Source of the DNA: Tubulanus polymorphus | Taxonomy: Eukaryota; Animalia; Nemertea | Length of the DNA stretch: 64,000 bases | Direction: 5' to 3' | Assembly (NCBI RefSeq): GCF_964204645.1 | Contig: NC_134036.1 | Location: forward strand, 6,863,304-6,927,303 | In this document: one piece after another, positions 22,336 through 36,100 of the stretch | Layout of the letters: the number at the start of each line of letters is the position of its first letter | How positions within the stretch are numbered: the first letter of the stretch is position 1 | The notes under the pieces: generated by a model | What the model saw: the letters and a program-made list of their open reading frames with translations, nothing else | Told to the model about the DNA's origin: nothing | Database searches by the model: none | Translations under genes and position numbers: made by a program

Positions 22336-25300
22336 GTGCAGTGAGGGAGGGAGGGAGGCACTAGGACAGTCGTCCGCCCGTTAGTCAGTGTGTCGGCGGT
22401 TGTTGTTCGATAAACGACTAAGTGCTGACCGGGCCATGAACAGCGTTACGACCCGGCACCGGTCAGGAAAGGAGGGAGGGAGGCAGTAGGTCGGTCGTCC
22501 ATCCGTTCGTCAGTGTGCCGGCGGTGGTTGTTCGAAAAACGACTAAGTGCTCACCGGCCTTGATCAGCGTTACGACCTGGAGCAGTGAAGGAGGAAGGGG
22601 GACAGTAGGTCGGTCGTCCGTCCGTTCGTCAGTATGCCGGCGGTGGTTGTTCAAAAAACGACCAAGTGCTGACCAGGCCTTGATCAGCGTTACGACCCGG
22701 CACTGGTCAGGGAGGGAGGGAGGGAGGCAGTAGGTCGGTCATCCGTCCGTTCGTCAGAGTGCCGGCGGTAGCTGTTCGAAAAACGACTAAGTGCTGACCG
22801 GGCCTTGATCAGCGTTACGACCCGGCGCAGTGAGGGAGGGAGGGAGGGAGGCAGTAGGTCGGTCGTCCATCCGTTTGTCAGTGTGCCGGCGGTGGTTGTT
22901 CGAAAAACGACTAAGTTCTGACCGGGCCTTGATCAGCGTTACGACCCGGTGCAGTGAGGGAGGGAGGGAGGCACTAGGACAGTCGTCCGCCCGTTAGTCA
23001 GTGTGTCGGCGGTTGTTGTTCGAAAAACGACTAAGTGCTGACCGGGCCATGAACAGCGTTACGACCCGGCACCGGTCAGGAAGGGAGGGAGGGTGGCAGT
23101 AGGTCGGTCGTCCGTCCGTTCGTCAGTGTGCCGGCGGTGGTTGTTCGAAAAACGACTAAGTGCTGACCGGGCCTTAATCAGCGTTACGACCCGGCACCGG
23201 TCAGGGAGGGAGGGAGGGAGGCAGTAGGTCGGTCGTCCGTCCGTTCGTCAGTGTGCCGGCGGTGGTTGTTCGAAAAACGACTAAGTGCTGACCGGGCCTT
23301 GATCAGCGTTACGACCCGGAGCAGTGAGGGAGGGAGAGAGGCAGTAGGTCGGTCGTCCGTCCGTTCGCCAGTGTGCCGGCGGTGGTTTTTCGAAAAACGA
23401 CTAAGCGCTGACCGGGCCTTAATCAGCGTTACGACCCGGAGCATTGAGGGAGGGAGGGAGGCAGTAGGTCGGTCGTCCGTCCGTTTGTCAGTGTGCCGGC
23501 AGTGATGGTTGTTCGAAAAACGACTAAGGGCTGACTGGGCCTTGATCAGCGTTACGACTTGGCAATGGCCAGGGAGGGAGGGATGGAGGTAGTAGGTCGG
23601 TCGTCCGTCCGTTCGTCAGTGTGCCAGCAGTACTGGTTGTTCGAAAAACAATTAAGTGCTGACCGGGCCTTGATCAGCGTTATGACCCGGCGCAGGTCAG
23701 GGAGGGAGGGAGGGAGGCAGTAGGTCGGTCGTCCGTCCGTTCGTCAGTGTGCCGGCAGTACTGGTTGTTCGAAAAACAATTAAGTGCTGACCGGGCCTTG
23801 ATCAGCGTTACGACCCGGAGCAGTGAGGGAGGGAGGGAGGGAGGGAGGGAGGCAGTAGGTCGGTCGTCCGTCCGTTTGTCAGTGTGCCGGCAGTGATGGT
23901 TGTTCGAAAAACGACTAAGGGCTGACCGGGCCTTGATCAGCGTTACGACCCGGAACAGTGAGGGAGGGAGGGAGTCAGTAGGTAGGTCGTTCGTCCGTTC
24001 GTCAGTGTTCCGGCAGTGGTGGTTCGAAAAACGACTAAGTGCTGACCGGGCCTTGATCAGCGTTACGATCCGGCACCGGTCAGGGAGGGAGGGAGGGTGG
24101 CAGTAGGTCGGTCGTCCGTCCGTTCGTCAGTGTGCCGGCGGTTGTGGTTCGAAAAACGACTAAGTGCTGACCGGGCCTTGATCAGCGTTACGACCCGGCA
24201 CTGGTCAGGGAGGGAGGGAGGGAGGAAGGCAGTATATCGGTCATTCGAAAAACGACTAAGTGCTGACCGGGCCTTGATCAGCATTACGACCCGCCCCAGT
24301 GAGGGAGGGAGAGAGGGAGGCAGTAGGTCGGTCGTCAGTCCGTTCGTCAGTGTGCCGGTGGTAGTTGTTCGAAAAATGACTAAGTGCTGACCGGGCCTTG
24401 ATCAGCGTTACGACCCGGCACCGGTCAGGGAGGGAGAGAGGGAGGCAGTAGGTCGGTCGTCCGTCCGTTCGGCAGTGTGCCGGCGGTAGTTGTTCGAAAA
24501 ATGACTAAGTGCTGACCGGGCCATGATCAGCGTGACGTTTCGGCACCGGTCAGGGGGGTATGGAGGTAGTAGATCGGGCGTCCGTCCGTTCGTCAGTGTG
24601 CCGGCAGTGATGGTTGTTCGAAAAACGACTAAGTGCTGACCGGGCCTTGATCAGCGTTACGACCCGGCGCAGTGAGGGAGGGAGGCTCACACCAGGAGAG
24701 TCGTCGCTGGTAAGGGAGGGAGGGAGGGAGGCAGTAGGTCGGTCGTCCGTCCTTTCGTCAGTGTGCCGGCAGTGATGGTTGTTCGAAAAACGACTAAGTG
24801 CTGACATGGCCTTGATCAGCGTTACGACCCGGCGCAGTGAGGGAGGGAGGCAGGCACCAGGACAGTCGTCCGCCCGTTAGTCAGTCTACCGGCATTGGTG
24901 GTTCGAAACACGACTAAGTGCTGACCGGGCCTTGATCAGCGTTACGAACCGCCGCCGGTAAGGGAGGGAGGGAGGGAGGGAGGCAGTAGGTCGGTCGTCT
25001 GTCCGTTCGTCAGTGTGCCGGCGGTGGTTGTTCGAAAAACGACTCAGTGCTGACCGGGCCTTGATCAGCGTTACGACCCGGACCAGTGAGGGAGGGAGGG
25101 AGGTTGGCAGTAGGTCGGTCGTCCGTCCGTTCGTCAGTGTGCCGGCGGTGGTGGTTCGAAAAACGACTAAGTGCTGACCGGGCTTTGATCAGCGTTACGA
25201 CCCGGTATCGGTCAGGGAGGGAGGGAGGCAGTAGGTCGGTCGTCCGTCCGTTCGTCAGTGTGCCGGCGGTGGTTGTTCGAAAAACGACTAAGTGCTGACC

Positions 25301-26649
25301 GGGCCTTGATCAGCGTTACGACCCGGAGCAGTGAGGGAGGGAGGAAGGCAGTAGGTGGGTCGTCCGTCCGTTCGTCAGTGTGCCGGCAGTGCTGGTTGTT
25401 CGAAAAACGATTAAGTGCTGACCGGGCCTTGATCAGCGTTACGACCCGGAGCAGTGAGGGAGGGAGGGAGGCAGTAGGTCGGTCGTCCGTCCGTTCGCCA
25501 GTGTGCCGCTGGTGGTTGTTCGAAAAACGACTAAGTGCTGACCGGGCCTTGATCAGCGTTACGACCCGGAGCAGTGAGGGAGGGAGGGAGGGAGGGAGGC
25601 AGTAGGTCGGTCGTCCGTCCGTTCGCCAGTGTGCCGCTGGTGGTTGTTCGAAAAACGACTAAGTGCTGACCGGGCCTTGATCAGCGTTACGACCCGGTGC
25701 AGTGAGGGAGGGAGGGAGGCACTAGGACAGTCGTCCGCCCGTTCGTCAGTGTGCCGGCGGTGGTTGTTCGAAAAACGACTAAGTGCTGACCGGGCCATGA
25801 ACTGCGTTACGACCCGGCACCGGTCAGGAAGGGAGGGAGGGTGGCAGTAGGTCGGTCGTCCGTTCGTTGGTCAGTGTGCCGGCGGTGGTAGTTCGAAAAA
25901 CGACTAAGTGCTGAACGGGCCTTGATCAGCGTTACGACCCGGAGCAGTGACGGAGGGAGGGAGGCAGTAGGTCGGTCGTCCGTCCGTTCGCCAGAGTGCC
26001 GCTGGTGGTTGTTCGAAAAACGACTAAGTGCTGACCGGGCCTTGATCAGCGTTACGACCCGGTGCAGTGAGGGAGGGAGGGAGGCACTAGGACAGTCGTC
26101 CGCCCGTTAGTCAGTGTGTCGGCGGTTGTTGTTCGAAAAACGACTAAGTGCTGACCGGGCCATGAACAGCGTTACGACCCGGCACCGGTCAGGAAGGGAG
26201 GGAGGGTGGCAGTAGGTCGGTCGTCCGTTCGTTGGTCAGTGTGCCGGCGGTGGTAGTTCGAAAAACGACTAAGTGCTGACCGGGCCTTGATCAACGTTAC
26301 GACCCGGAGCATTGAGGGAGGGAGGGAGGCAGTAGGTCGGTCGTCCGTCCGTTCGCCAGTGTGCCGCTGGTGGTTGTTCGAAAAACGACTAAGTGCTGAC
26401 CGGGCCTTGATCAGCGTTACGACCCGGAGCAGTGAGGGAGGGAGGGAGGCAGTAGGTCGGTCGTCCATCCGTTCGTCAGTGTGTCGGCGGTTGCTGTTTG
26501 AAAAACGACTAAGTGCTGACCGGGCCATGAACAGCGTTACGACCCGGCACCGGTCAGGAAGGGAGGGAGGGAGGCAGTAGGTCGGTCGTCCATCCGTTCG
26601 TCAGTGTGCCGGCGGTGGTTGTTCGAAAAACGACTAAGTGCTGACCGGG

Positions 26650-28900
26650 CCTTGATCAGCGTTACCACCCGGAGCAGTGAGGGAGGGAGGGAGGCAGTAG
26701 GTCGGTCGTCCATCCGTTCGTCAGTGTGTCGGCGGTTGCTGTTTGAAAAACGACTAAGTGCTGACCGGGCCATGAACAGCGTTACGACCCGGCACCGGTC
26801 AGGAAGGGAGGGAGGGAGGCAGTAGGTCGGTCGTCCATCCGTTCGTCAGTGTGCCGGCGGTGGTTGTTCGAAAAACGACTAAGTGCTGACCGGGCCTTGA
26901 TCAGCGTTACGACCCGGTGCAGTGAGGGAGGGAGGGAGGCACTAGGACAGTCGTCCGCCCGTTAGTCAGTGTGTCGGCGGTTGTTGTTCGAAAAACGACT
27001 AAGTGCTGACCGGGTCTTGATCAGCGTTACGACCCGCAGCAGTGAGGGAGGGAGGGAGGCAGTAGGTCGGTCGTCCCTCCGGTCGTCAGTGTGCCGGCGG
27101 TGGTTGTTCGAAAAACGACTAAGTGCTGACCGGGCCTTGATCAGCGTTACGACCCGGAGCAGTGAGGGAGGGAGGGAGGCAGTAGGTCGGTCGTCCGTCC
27201 GTTCGCCAGTGTGCCGCTGGTGGTTGTTCGAAAAACGACTAAGTGCTGACCGGGCCTTGATCAGCGTTACGACCCGGTGCAGTGAGGGAGGGAGGGAGGC
27301 ACTATGACAGTCGTCCGCCCGTTAGTCAGTGTGTCGGCGGTTGTTGTTCGAAAAACGACTAAGTGCTGACCGGGCCTAGATCAGCGTTACGACCCGGTGC
27401 AGTGAGGGAGGGAGAGAGGCAGTAGGTCGGTCGTCCGTCCGGTCGTCAGTGTGCCGGCGGTGGTTGTTCGAAAAACGACTAAGTGCTGACCGGGCCTTGA
27501 TCAGCGTAACGACCCGGTGCAGTGAGGGAGGGAGGGAGGGAGGCAGTAGGTCGGTCGTCCATCCGTTCGTCAGTGTGCCGGCGGTGGTAGTTCGAAAAAC
27601 GACTAAGTGCTGACCGGGCCTTGATCAGCGTTACGACCCGGTGCAGTGAGGGAGGGAGGGAGGCAGTAGGTCGGTCGTCCGTCCGTTCGTCAGTGTGCCG
27701 GCGGTGGTTGTTCGAAAAACGACTAAGTGCTGACCGGGCCTTGATCAGCGTAACGACCCGGTGCAGTGAGGGAGGGAGGGAGGGAGGCAGTAGGTCGGTC
27801 GTCCATCCGTTCGTCAGTGTGCCGGCGGTGGTAGTTCGAAAAACGACTAAGTGCTGACCGGGCCTTGATCAGCGTTACCACCCGGAGCAGTGAGGGAGGG
27901 AGGGAGGCAGTAGGTCGGTCGTCCATCCGTTCGTCAGTGTGTCGGCGGTTGCTGTTTGAAAAACGACTAAGTGCTGACCGGGCCATGAACAGCGTTACGA
28001 CCCGGCACCGGTCAGGAAGGGAGGGAGGGAGGCAGTAGGTCGGTCGTCCATCCGTTCGTCAGTGTGCCGGCGGTGGTTGTTCGAAAAACGACTAAGTGCT
28101 GACCGGGCCTTGATCAGCGTTACCACCCGGTGCAGTGAGGGAGGGAGGGAGGCACTAGGACAGTCGTCCGCCCGTTAGTCAGTGTGTCGGCGGTTGTTGT
28201 TCGAAAAACGACTAAGTGCTGACCGGGTCTTGATCAGCGTTACGACCCGCAGCAGTGAGGGAGGGAGGGAGGCAGTAGGTCGGTCGTCCATCCGGTCGTC
28301 AGTGTGCCGGCGGTGGTTGTTCGAAAAACGACTAAGTGCTGACCGGGCCTTGATCAGCGTTACGACCCGGAGCAGTGAGGGAGGGAGGGAGGCAGTAGGT
28401 CGGTCGTCCGTCCGTTCGCCAGTGTGCCGCTGGTGGTTGTTCGAAAAACGACTAAGTGCTGACCGGGCCTTGATCAGCGTTACGACCCGGTGCAGTGAGG
28501 GAGGGAGGGAGGCACTATGACAGTCGTCCGCCCGTTAGTCAGTGTGTCGGCGGTTGTTGTTCGAAAAACGACTAAGTGCTGACCGGGCCTAGATCAGCGT
28601 TACGACCCGGTGCAGTGAGGGAGGGAGAGAGGCAGTAGGTCGGTCGTCCGTCCGGTCGTCAGTGTGCCGGCGGTGGTTGTTCGAAAAACGACTAAGTGCT
28701 GACCGGGCCTTGATCAGCGTAACGACCCGGTGCAGTGAGGGAGGGAGGGAGGGAGGCAGTAGGTCGGTCGTCCATCCGTTCGTCAGTGTGCCGGCGGTGG
28801 TAGTTCGAAAAACGACTAAGTGCTGACCGGGCCTTGATCAGCGTTACGACCCGGTGCAGTGAGGGAGGGAGAGAGGCAGTAGGTCGGTCGTCCGTCCGGT
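26650..28900 (+). repeat. 1213-bp (10-monomer) duplication
   Basis: ORF pair 26969/28182; CACTATGACAG at ~27300/28513; GGGTCTTG...CCCGCAGC at ~27012/28225. Confidence 0.82.
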
Positions 28901-31900
28901 CGTCAGTGTGCCGGCGGTGGTTGTTCGAAAAACGACTAAGTGCTGACCGGGCCTTGATCAGCGTTACGACCCGGTGCAGTGAGGGAGGGAGGGAGGCAGT
29001 AGGTCGGTCGTCCGTCCGTTCGTCAGTGTGCCGGCGGTGGTTGTTCGAAAAACGACTAAGTGCTGACCGGGCCATGAACAGCGTTACGACCCGGCACCGG
29101 TCAGGGAGGGAGGGAGGCAGTAGGTCGGTCGTCCATCCGTTCGTCAGTGTGCCGGCGGTGGTTATTCGAAAAACGACTAAGTGCTGACCGGGCCTTGATC
29201 AGCGTTGCGACCCGGTGCTGTGAGGGAGGGAGGGAGGCAGTAGGTCGGTCGTCCATCCGTTCGTCAGTGTGTCGGCGGTTGCTGTTCGAAAAACGACTAA
29301 GTGCTGACCGGGCCATGAACAGCGTTACGACCCGGCACCGGTCAGGAAGGGAGGGAGGGTGGCAGTAGGTCGGTCGTCCGTCCGTTCGTCAGTGTGCCGG
29401 CGGTGGTTGTTCGAAAAACGACTAAGTGCTGACCGGGCCTTGATCAGCGTAACGACCCGGTGCAGTGATGGAGAGGGAGAGGTCGGTCGTCCGTCCGTTC
29501 GTCAGTGTGCCGGCGGTGGTTGTTCGAAAAACGACTAAGTGCTGACCGGATCTTGATCAGCATTACGACCCGGTGCAGTGAGGGAGGGAGGGAGGGAGGC
29601 AGTAGGTCGGTCGTCCATCCGTTCGTCAGTGTGCCGGCGGTGGTAGTTCGAAAAACGACTAAGTGCTGACCGGGCCTTGATCAGCGTTACGACCCGGTGC
29701 AGTGAGGAAGGGAGGGAGGCAGTAGGTCGGTCGTCCGTCCGTTCGCCAGTGTGCCGCTGGTGGTTGTTCGAAAAACGACTAAGTGCTGACCGGGCCTTGA
29801 TCAACGTTACGACCCGGAGCAGTGAGGGAGGGAGGGAGGCAGTAGGTCGGTCGTCCGTCCGTTCGCCAGTGTGCCGCTGGTGGTTGTTCGAAAAACGACT
29901 AAGTGCTGACCGGGCCTTGATCAGCGTTACGACCCGGTGCAGTGAGGGAGGGAGGGAGGCATTAGGACAGTCGTCCGCCCGTTAGTCAGTGTGTCGGCGG
30001 TTGTTGTTCGAAAAACGACTAAGTGCTGACCGGGCCATGAACAGCGTTACGACCCGGCACCGGTCAGGAAGGGAGGGAGGGAGGCAGTAGGTCGGTCGTC
30101 CATTCGTTCGTCAGTGTGCCGCTGGTGGTTGTTCGAAAAACGACTAAGTGCTGACCGGGCCTTGATCAGCGTTACGACCCGGAGCAGTGAGGGAGGGAGG
30201 GAGGCAGTAGGTCGGTCGTCCGTCCGTTCGCCAGTGTGCCGCTGGTGGTTGTTCGAAAAACGACTAAGTGCTGACCGGGCCTTGATCAGCGTTACGACCC
30301 GGTGCAGTGAGGGAGGGAGGGAGGCACTAGGACAGTCGTCCGCCCGTTAGTCAGTGTGTCGGCGGTTGTTGTTCGATAAACGACTAAGTGCTGACCGGGC
30401 CATGAACAGCGTTACGACCCGGCACCGGTCAGGAAAGGAGGGAGGGAGGCAGTAGGTCGGTCGTCCATCCGTTCGTCAGTGTGCCGGCGGTGGTTGTTCG
30501 AAAAACGACTAAGTGCTGACCGGGCCATGAACAGCGTTACGACCCGGCACCGGTCAGGAAAGGAGGGAGGGAGGCAGTAGGTCGGTCGTCCATCCGTTCG
30601 TCAGTGTGCCGGCGGTGGTTGTTCGAAAAACGACTAAGTGCTGACCGGGCCTTGATCAGCGTTACGACCCGGTGCTGTGAGGGAGGGAGGGAGGCAGTAG
30701 GTCGGTCGTCCATCCGTTCGTCAGTGTGTCGGCGGTTGCTGTTCGAAAAACGACTAAGTGCTGACCGGGCCATGAACAGCGTTACGACCCGGCACCGGTC
30801 AGGAAGGGAGGGAGGGTGGCAGTAGGTCGGTCGTCCATCCGTTCGTCAGTGTGCCGGCGGTGGTTGTTCGAAAAACGACTAAGTGCTGACCGGGCCTTGA
30901 TCAGCGTTACGACCCGGCGCAGTGAGGGAGGGATGGAGGGAGGCAGTAGGTCGGTCGTCCATCCGTTCGTCAGTGTGCCGGCGGTGGTAGTTCGAAAAAC
31001 GACTAAGTGCTTACCGGGCCTTGATCAGCGTTACGACCCGGTGCAGCGAGGGATGGAGGGAGGGAGGCAGTAGGTCGGTCGTCCATCCGTTCGTCAGTGT
31101 GCCGGCGGTGGTAGTTCGAAAAACGACTAAGTGCTGACCGGGCCTTGATCAGCGTTACGACCCGGTGCAGTGAGGGAGGGAGGGAGGCAGTAGGTCGGTC
31201 GTCCGTCCGTTCGCCAGTGTGCCGCTGGTGGTTGTTCGAAAAACGACTAAGTGCTGACCGGGCCATGAACAGCGTTACGACCCGGCACCGGTCAGGAAGG
31301 GAGGGAGGGAGGCAGTAGGTCGGTCGTCCATCCGTTCGTCAGTGTGCCGGCGGTGGTTGTTCGAAAAACGACTAAGTGCTGATCGGGCCTTGATCAGCGT
31401 TACCACCCGGTGCAGTGAGGGAGGGTGGCAGTAGGTCGGTCGTCCGTCCGTTCGTCAGTGTGCCGGCGGTGGTTGTTCGAAAAACGACTAAGTGCTGACC
31501 GGGCCTTAATCAGCGTTACGACCCGGCACCGGTCAGGGAGGGAGGGAGGGAGGCAGTAGGTCGGTCGTCCGTCCGTTCGTCAGTGTGCCGGCGGTGGTTG
31601 TTCGAAAAACGACTAAGTGCTGACCGGGCCTTGATCAGCGTTACGACCCGGTGCAGTGATGGAGAGGGAGAGGTCGGTCGTCCGTCCGTTCGTCAGTGTG
31701 CCGGCGGTGGTTGTTCGAAAAACGACTAAGTGCTGACCGGATCTTGATCAGCATTACGACCCGGTGCAGTGAGGGAGGGAGGGAGGGAGGCAGTAGGTCG
31801 GTCGTCCATCCGTTCGTCAGTGTGCCGGCGGTGGTAGTTCGAAAAACGACTAAGTGCTGACCGGGCCTTGATCAGCGTTACGACCCGGTGCAGTGAGGAA

Positions 31901-33189
31901 GGGAGGGAGGCAGTAGGTCGGTCGTCCGTCCGTTCGCCAGTGTGCCGCTGGTGGTTGTTCGAAAAACGACTAAGTGCTGACCGGGCCTTGATCAACGTTA
32001 CGACCCGGAGCAGTGAGGGAGGGGGGAGGCAGTAGGTCGGTCGTCCGTCCGTTCGCCAGTGTGCCGCTGGTGGTTGTTCGAAAAACGACTAAGTGCTGAC
32101 CGGGCCTTGATCAGCGTTACGACCCGGTGCAGTGAGGGAGGGAGGGAGGCATTAGGACAGTCGTCCGCCCGTTAGTCAGTGTGTCGGCGGTTGTTGTTCG
32201 AAAAACGACTAAGTGCTGACCGGGCCATGAACAGCGTTACGACCCGGCACCGGTCAGGAAGGGAGGGAGGGAGGCAGTAGGTCGGTCGTCCATTCGTTCG
32301 TCAGTGTGCCGCTGGTGGTTGTTCGAAAAACGACTAAGTGCTGACCGGGCCTTGATCAGCGTTACGACCCGGAGCAGTGAGGGAGGGAGGGAGGCAGTAG
32401 GTCGGTCGTCCGTCCGTTCGCCAGTGTGCCGCTGGTGGTTGTTCGAAAAACGACTAAGTGCTGACCGGGCCTTGATCAGCGTTACGACCCGGTGCAGTGG
32501 GGGAGGGAGGGAGGCACTAGGACAGTCGTCCGCCCGTTAGTCAGTGTGTCGGCGGTTGTTGTTCGATAAACGACTAAGTGCTGACCGGGCCATGAACAGC
32601 GTTACGACCCGGCACCGGTCAGGAAAGGAGGGAGGGAGGCAGTAGGTCGGTCGTCCATCCGTTCGTCAGTGTGCCGGCGGTGGTTGTTCGAAAAACGACT
32701 AAGTGCTGACCGGGCCTTGATCAGCGTTACGACCCGGTGCTGTGAGGGAGGGAGGGAGGCAGTAGGTCGGTCGTCCATCCGTTCGTCAGTGTGTCGGCGG
32801 TTGCTGTTCGAAAAACGACTAAGTGCTTACCGGGCCTTGATCAGCATTACGACACGGTGCAGCGAGGGATGGAGGGAGGGAGGCAGTAGGTCGGTCGTCC
32901 ATCCGTTCGTCAGTGTGCCGGCGGTGGTAGTTCGAAAAACGACTAAGTGCTGACCGGGCCTTGATCAGCGTTACGACCCGGTGCAGTGAGGGAGGGAGGG
33001 AGGCAGTAGGTCGGTCGTCCGTCCGTTCGCCAGTGTGCCGCTGGTGGTTGTTCGAAAAACGACTAAGTGCTGACCGGGCCATGAACAGCGTTACGACCCG
33101 GCACCGGTCAGGAAGGGAGGGAGGGAGGCAGTAGGTCGGTCGTCCATCCGTTCGTCAGTGTGCCGGCGGTGGTTGTTCGAAAAACGACT

Positions 33190-36100
33190 AAGTGCTGATC
33201 GGGCCTTGATCAGCGTTACCACCCGGTGCAGTGAGGGAGGGAGGGAGGCACTAGGACAGTCGTCCGCCCGTTAGTCAGTGTGTCGGCGGTTGTTGTTCGA
33301 AAAACGACTAAGTGCTGACCGGGCCTTAATCAGCGTTACGACCCGGCACCGGTCAGGGAGGGAGGGAGGGAGGCAGTAGGTCGGTCGTCCGTCCGTTCGT
33401 CAGTGTGCCGGCGGTGGTTGTTCGAAAAACGACTAAGTGCTGACCGGGCCTTGATCAGCGTTACGACCCGGAGCAGTGAGGGAGGGAGGGAGGGAGGCAG
33501 TAGGTCGGTCGTCCGTCCGTTTGCCAGTGTGCCGGCGGTGGTTGTTCGAAAAACGACTAAGGGCTGACCGGGCCTTAATCAGCGTTACGACCCGGCGCTG
33601 GTCAGGGAGGGAGGGAGGGAGGCAGTAGGTCGGTCGTCCATCCGTTCGTCAGTGTGCCGGCGGTGGTAGTTCGAAAAACGACTAAGTGCTGACCGGGCCT
33701 TGATCAGCGTTACGACCCGGTGCAGTGAGGGAGGGAGGGAGGGCGGCAGTAGGTCCGTCGTCCGCCCGTTAGTCAGTGTGTCGGCGGTTGCTGTTCGAAA
33801 AACGACTAAGTGCTGACCGGGCAATGCACAGCGTTACGACCCGGCACCGGTCAGGAAGGGAGGGAGGGTGGCAGTAGGTCGGTCGTCCATCCGTTCGTCA
33901 GTGTGCCGGCGGTGGTTGTTCGAAAAACGACTAAGTGCTGACCGGGCCTTGATCAGCGTTACGACCCGGTGCAGTGAGGGAGGGAGGGAGGCACTAGGAC
34001 AGTCGTCCGCCCGTTAGTTAGTGTGTCGGCGGTTGTTGTTCGAAAAACGACTAAGTGCTGACCGGGCCATGAACAGCGTTACGACCCGGCACCGGTCAGG
34101 AAGGGAGGGAGGGTGGCAGTAGGTCGGTCGTCCGTTCGTTCGTCAGTGTGCCGGCGGTGGTTGTTCGAAAAACGACTAAGTGCTGACCGGGCCTTGATCA
34201 GCGTTACGACCCGGTGCAGTGAGGGAGGGAGGGAGGCAGTAGGTCGGTCGTCCGTCCGTTCGTCAGTGTGCCGGCGGTGGTTGTTCGAAAAACGACTAAG
34301 TGTTGACCGGATCTTGATCAGCGTTACGACCCGGTGCAGTGAGGGAGGGAGGGAGGGAGGGAGGCAGTAGGTCGGTCGTCCATCCGTTCGTCACTGTGCC
34401 GGCGGTGGTTGTTCGAAAAACGACTAAGTGCTGACCGGGCCTAGATCAGCGTTACGACCCGGTGCAGTGAGGGAATGAGGGAGGGAGGCAGTAGGTCGGT
34501 CGTCCGTCCGTTCGTCAGTGTGCCGGCGTTGGTTGTTCGAAAAACGACTAAGTGCTGACCGGGCCATGAACAGCGTTACGACCCGGCACCGGTCAGGGAG
34601 GGAGGGAGGCAGTAGGTCGGTCGTCCATCTGTTCGTCAGTGTGCCGGCGGTGGTTATTCGAAAAACGACTAAGTGCTGACCGGGCCTTGATCAGCGTTAC
34701 GACCCGGTGCTGTGAGGGAGGGAGGGAGGCAGTAGGTCGGTCGTCCATCCGTTCGTCAGTGTGTCGGCGGTTGCTGTTCGAAAAACGACTAAGTGCTGAC
34801 CGGGCCATGAACAGCGTTACGACCCGGCACCGGTCAGGAAGGGAGGGAGGGTGGCAGTAGGTCGGTCGTCCGTCCGTTCGTCAGTGTGCCGGCGGTGGTT
34901 GTTCGAAAAACGACTAAGTGCTGACCGGGCCTAGATCAGCGTTACGACCCGGTGCAGTGAGGGAATGAGGGAGGGAGGCAGTAGGTCGGTCGTCCATCCG
35001 TTCGTCAGTGTGCCGGCGGTGGTTGTTCGAAAAACGACTAAGTGCTGACCGGGCCTAGATCAGCGTTACGACCCGGTGCAGTGAGGGAATGAGGGAGGGA
35101 GGCAGTAGGTCGGTCGTCCGTCCGTTCGTCAGTGTGCCGGCGGTGGTTGTTCGAAAAACGACTAAGTGCTGACCGGGCCTTGATCAGCGTTACGACCCGG
35201 TGCAGTGAGGGAGGGAGGGAGGCACTAGGACAGTCGTCCGCCCGTTAGTCAGTGTGTCGGCGGTTGTTGTTCGAAAAACGACTAAGTGCTGACCGGGCCA
35301 TGAACAGCGTTACGACCCGGCACCGGTCAGGAAAGGAGGGAGGGAGGCAGTAGGTCGGTCGTCCATCCGTTCGTCAGTGTGCCGGCGGTGGTTGTTCGAA
35401 AAACGACTAAGTGCTGACCGGGCCTTGATCAGCGTTACGACCCGGTGCTGTGAGGGAGGGAGGGAGGGAGGCAGTAGGTCGGTCGTCCATCCGTTCGTCA
35501 GTGTGTCGGCGGTTGCTGTTCGAAAAACGACTAAGTGCTGACCGGGCCATGAACAGCGTTACGACCCGACACCGGTCAGGAAGGGAGGGAGGGTGGCAGT
35601 AGGTCGGTCGTCCATCCGTTCGTCAGTGTGCCGGCGGTGGTTGTTCGAAAAACGACTAAGTGCTGACCGGGCCTTAATCAGCGTTACGACCCGGCACCGG
35701 TCAGGGAGGGAGGGAGGGAGGCAGTAGGTCGGTCGTCCGTCCGTTCGCCAGTGTGCCGGCGGTGGTTGTTCGAAAAACGACTAAGGGCTGACCGGGCCTT
35801 AATCAGCGTAACGACCCGGCGCTGGTCAGGGAGGGAGGGAGGGAGGCAGTAGGTCGGTCGTCCATCCGTTCGTCAGTGTGCCGGCGGTGGTAGTTCGAAA
35901 AACGACTAAGTGCTGATCGGGCCTTGATCAGCGTTACCACCCGGTGCAGTGAGGGAGGGAGGGAGGCACTAGGACAGTCGTCCGCCCGTTAGTCAGTGTG
36001 TCGGCGGTTGTTGTTCGAAAAACGACTAAGTGCTGACCGGGCCATGAACAGCGTTACGACCCGGCACCGGTCAGGAAGGGAGGGAGGGTGGCAGTAGGTC

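Larger units (their letters stand above)
15061..30500 (+). repeat. ~7.5-kb tandem duplication within the array (copy 1 ~15061-22540, copy 2 ~22541-30500), each copy with later internal changes
   Basis: The marker GTGCTCACC...GACCTGGAGCAGTGAAGGAGGAAGG starts units at 15061 and 22541. Truncated monomers lie at 16748/24230 (offset 7482). ORF pairs 18323/25922 (7599) and 20869/29677 (8808) match. The CGATAAACG variant is at ~22408/30374. Confidence 0.88.
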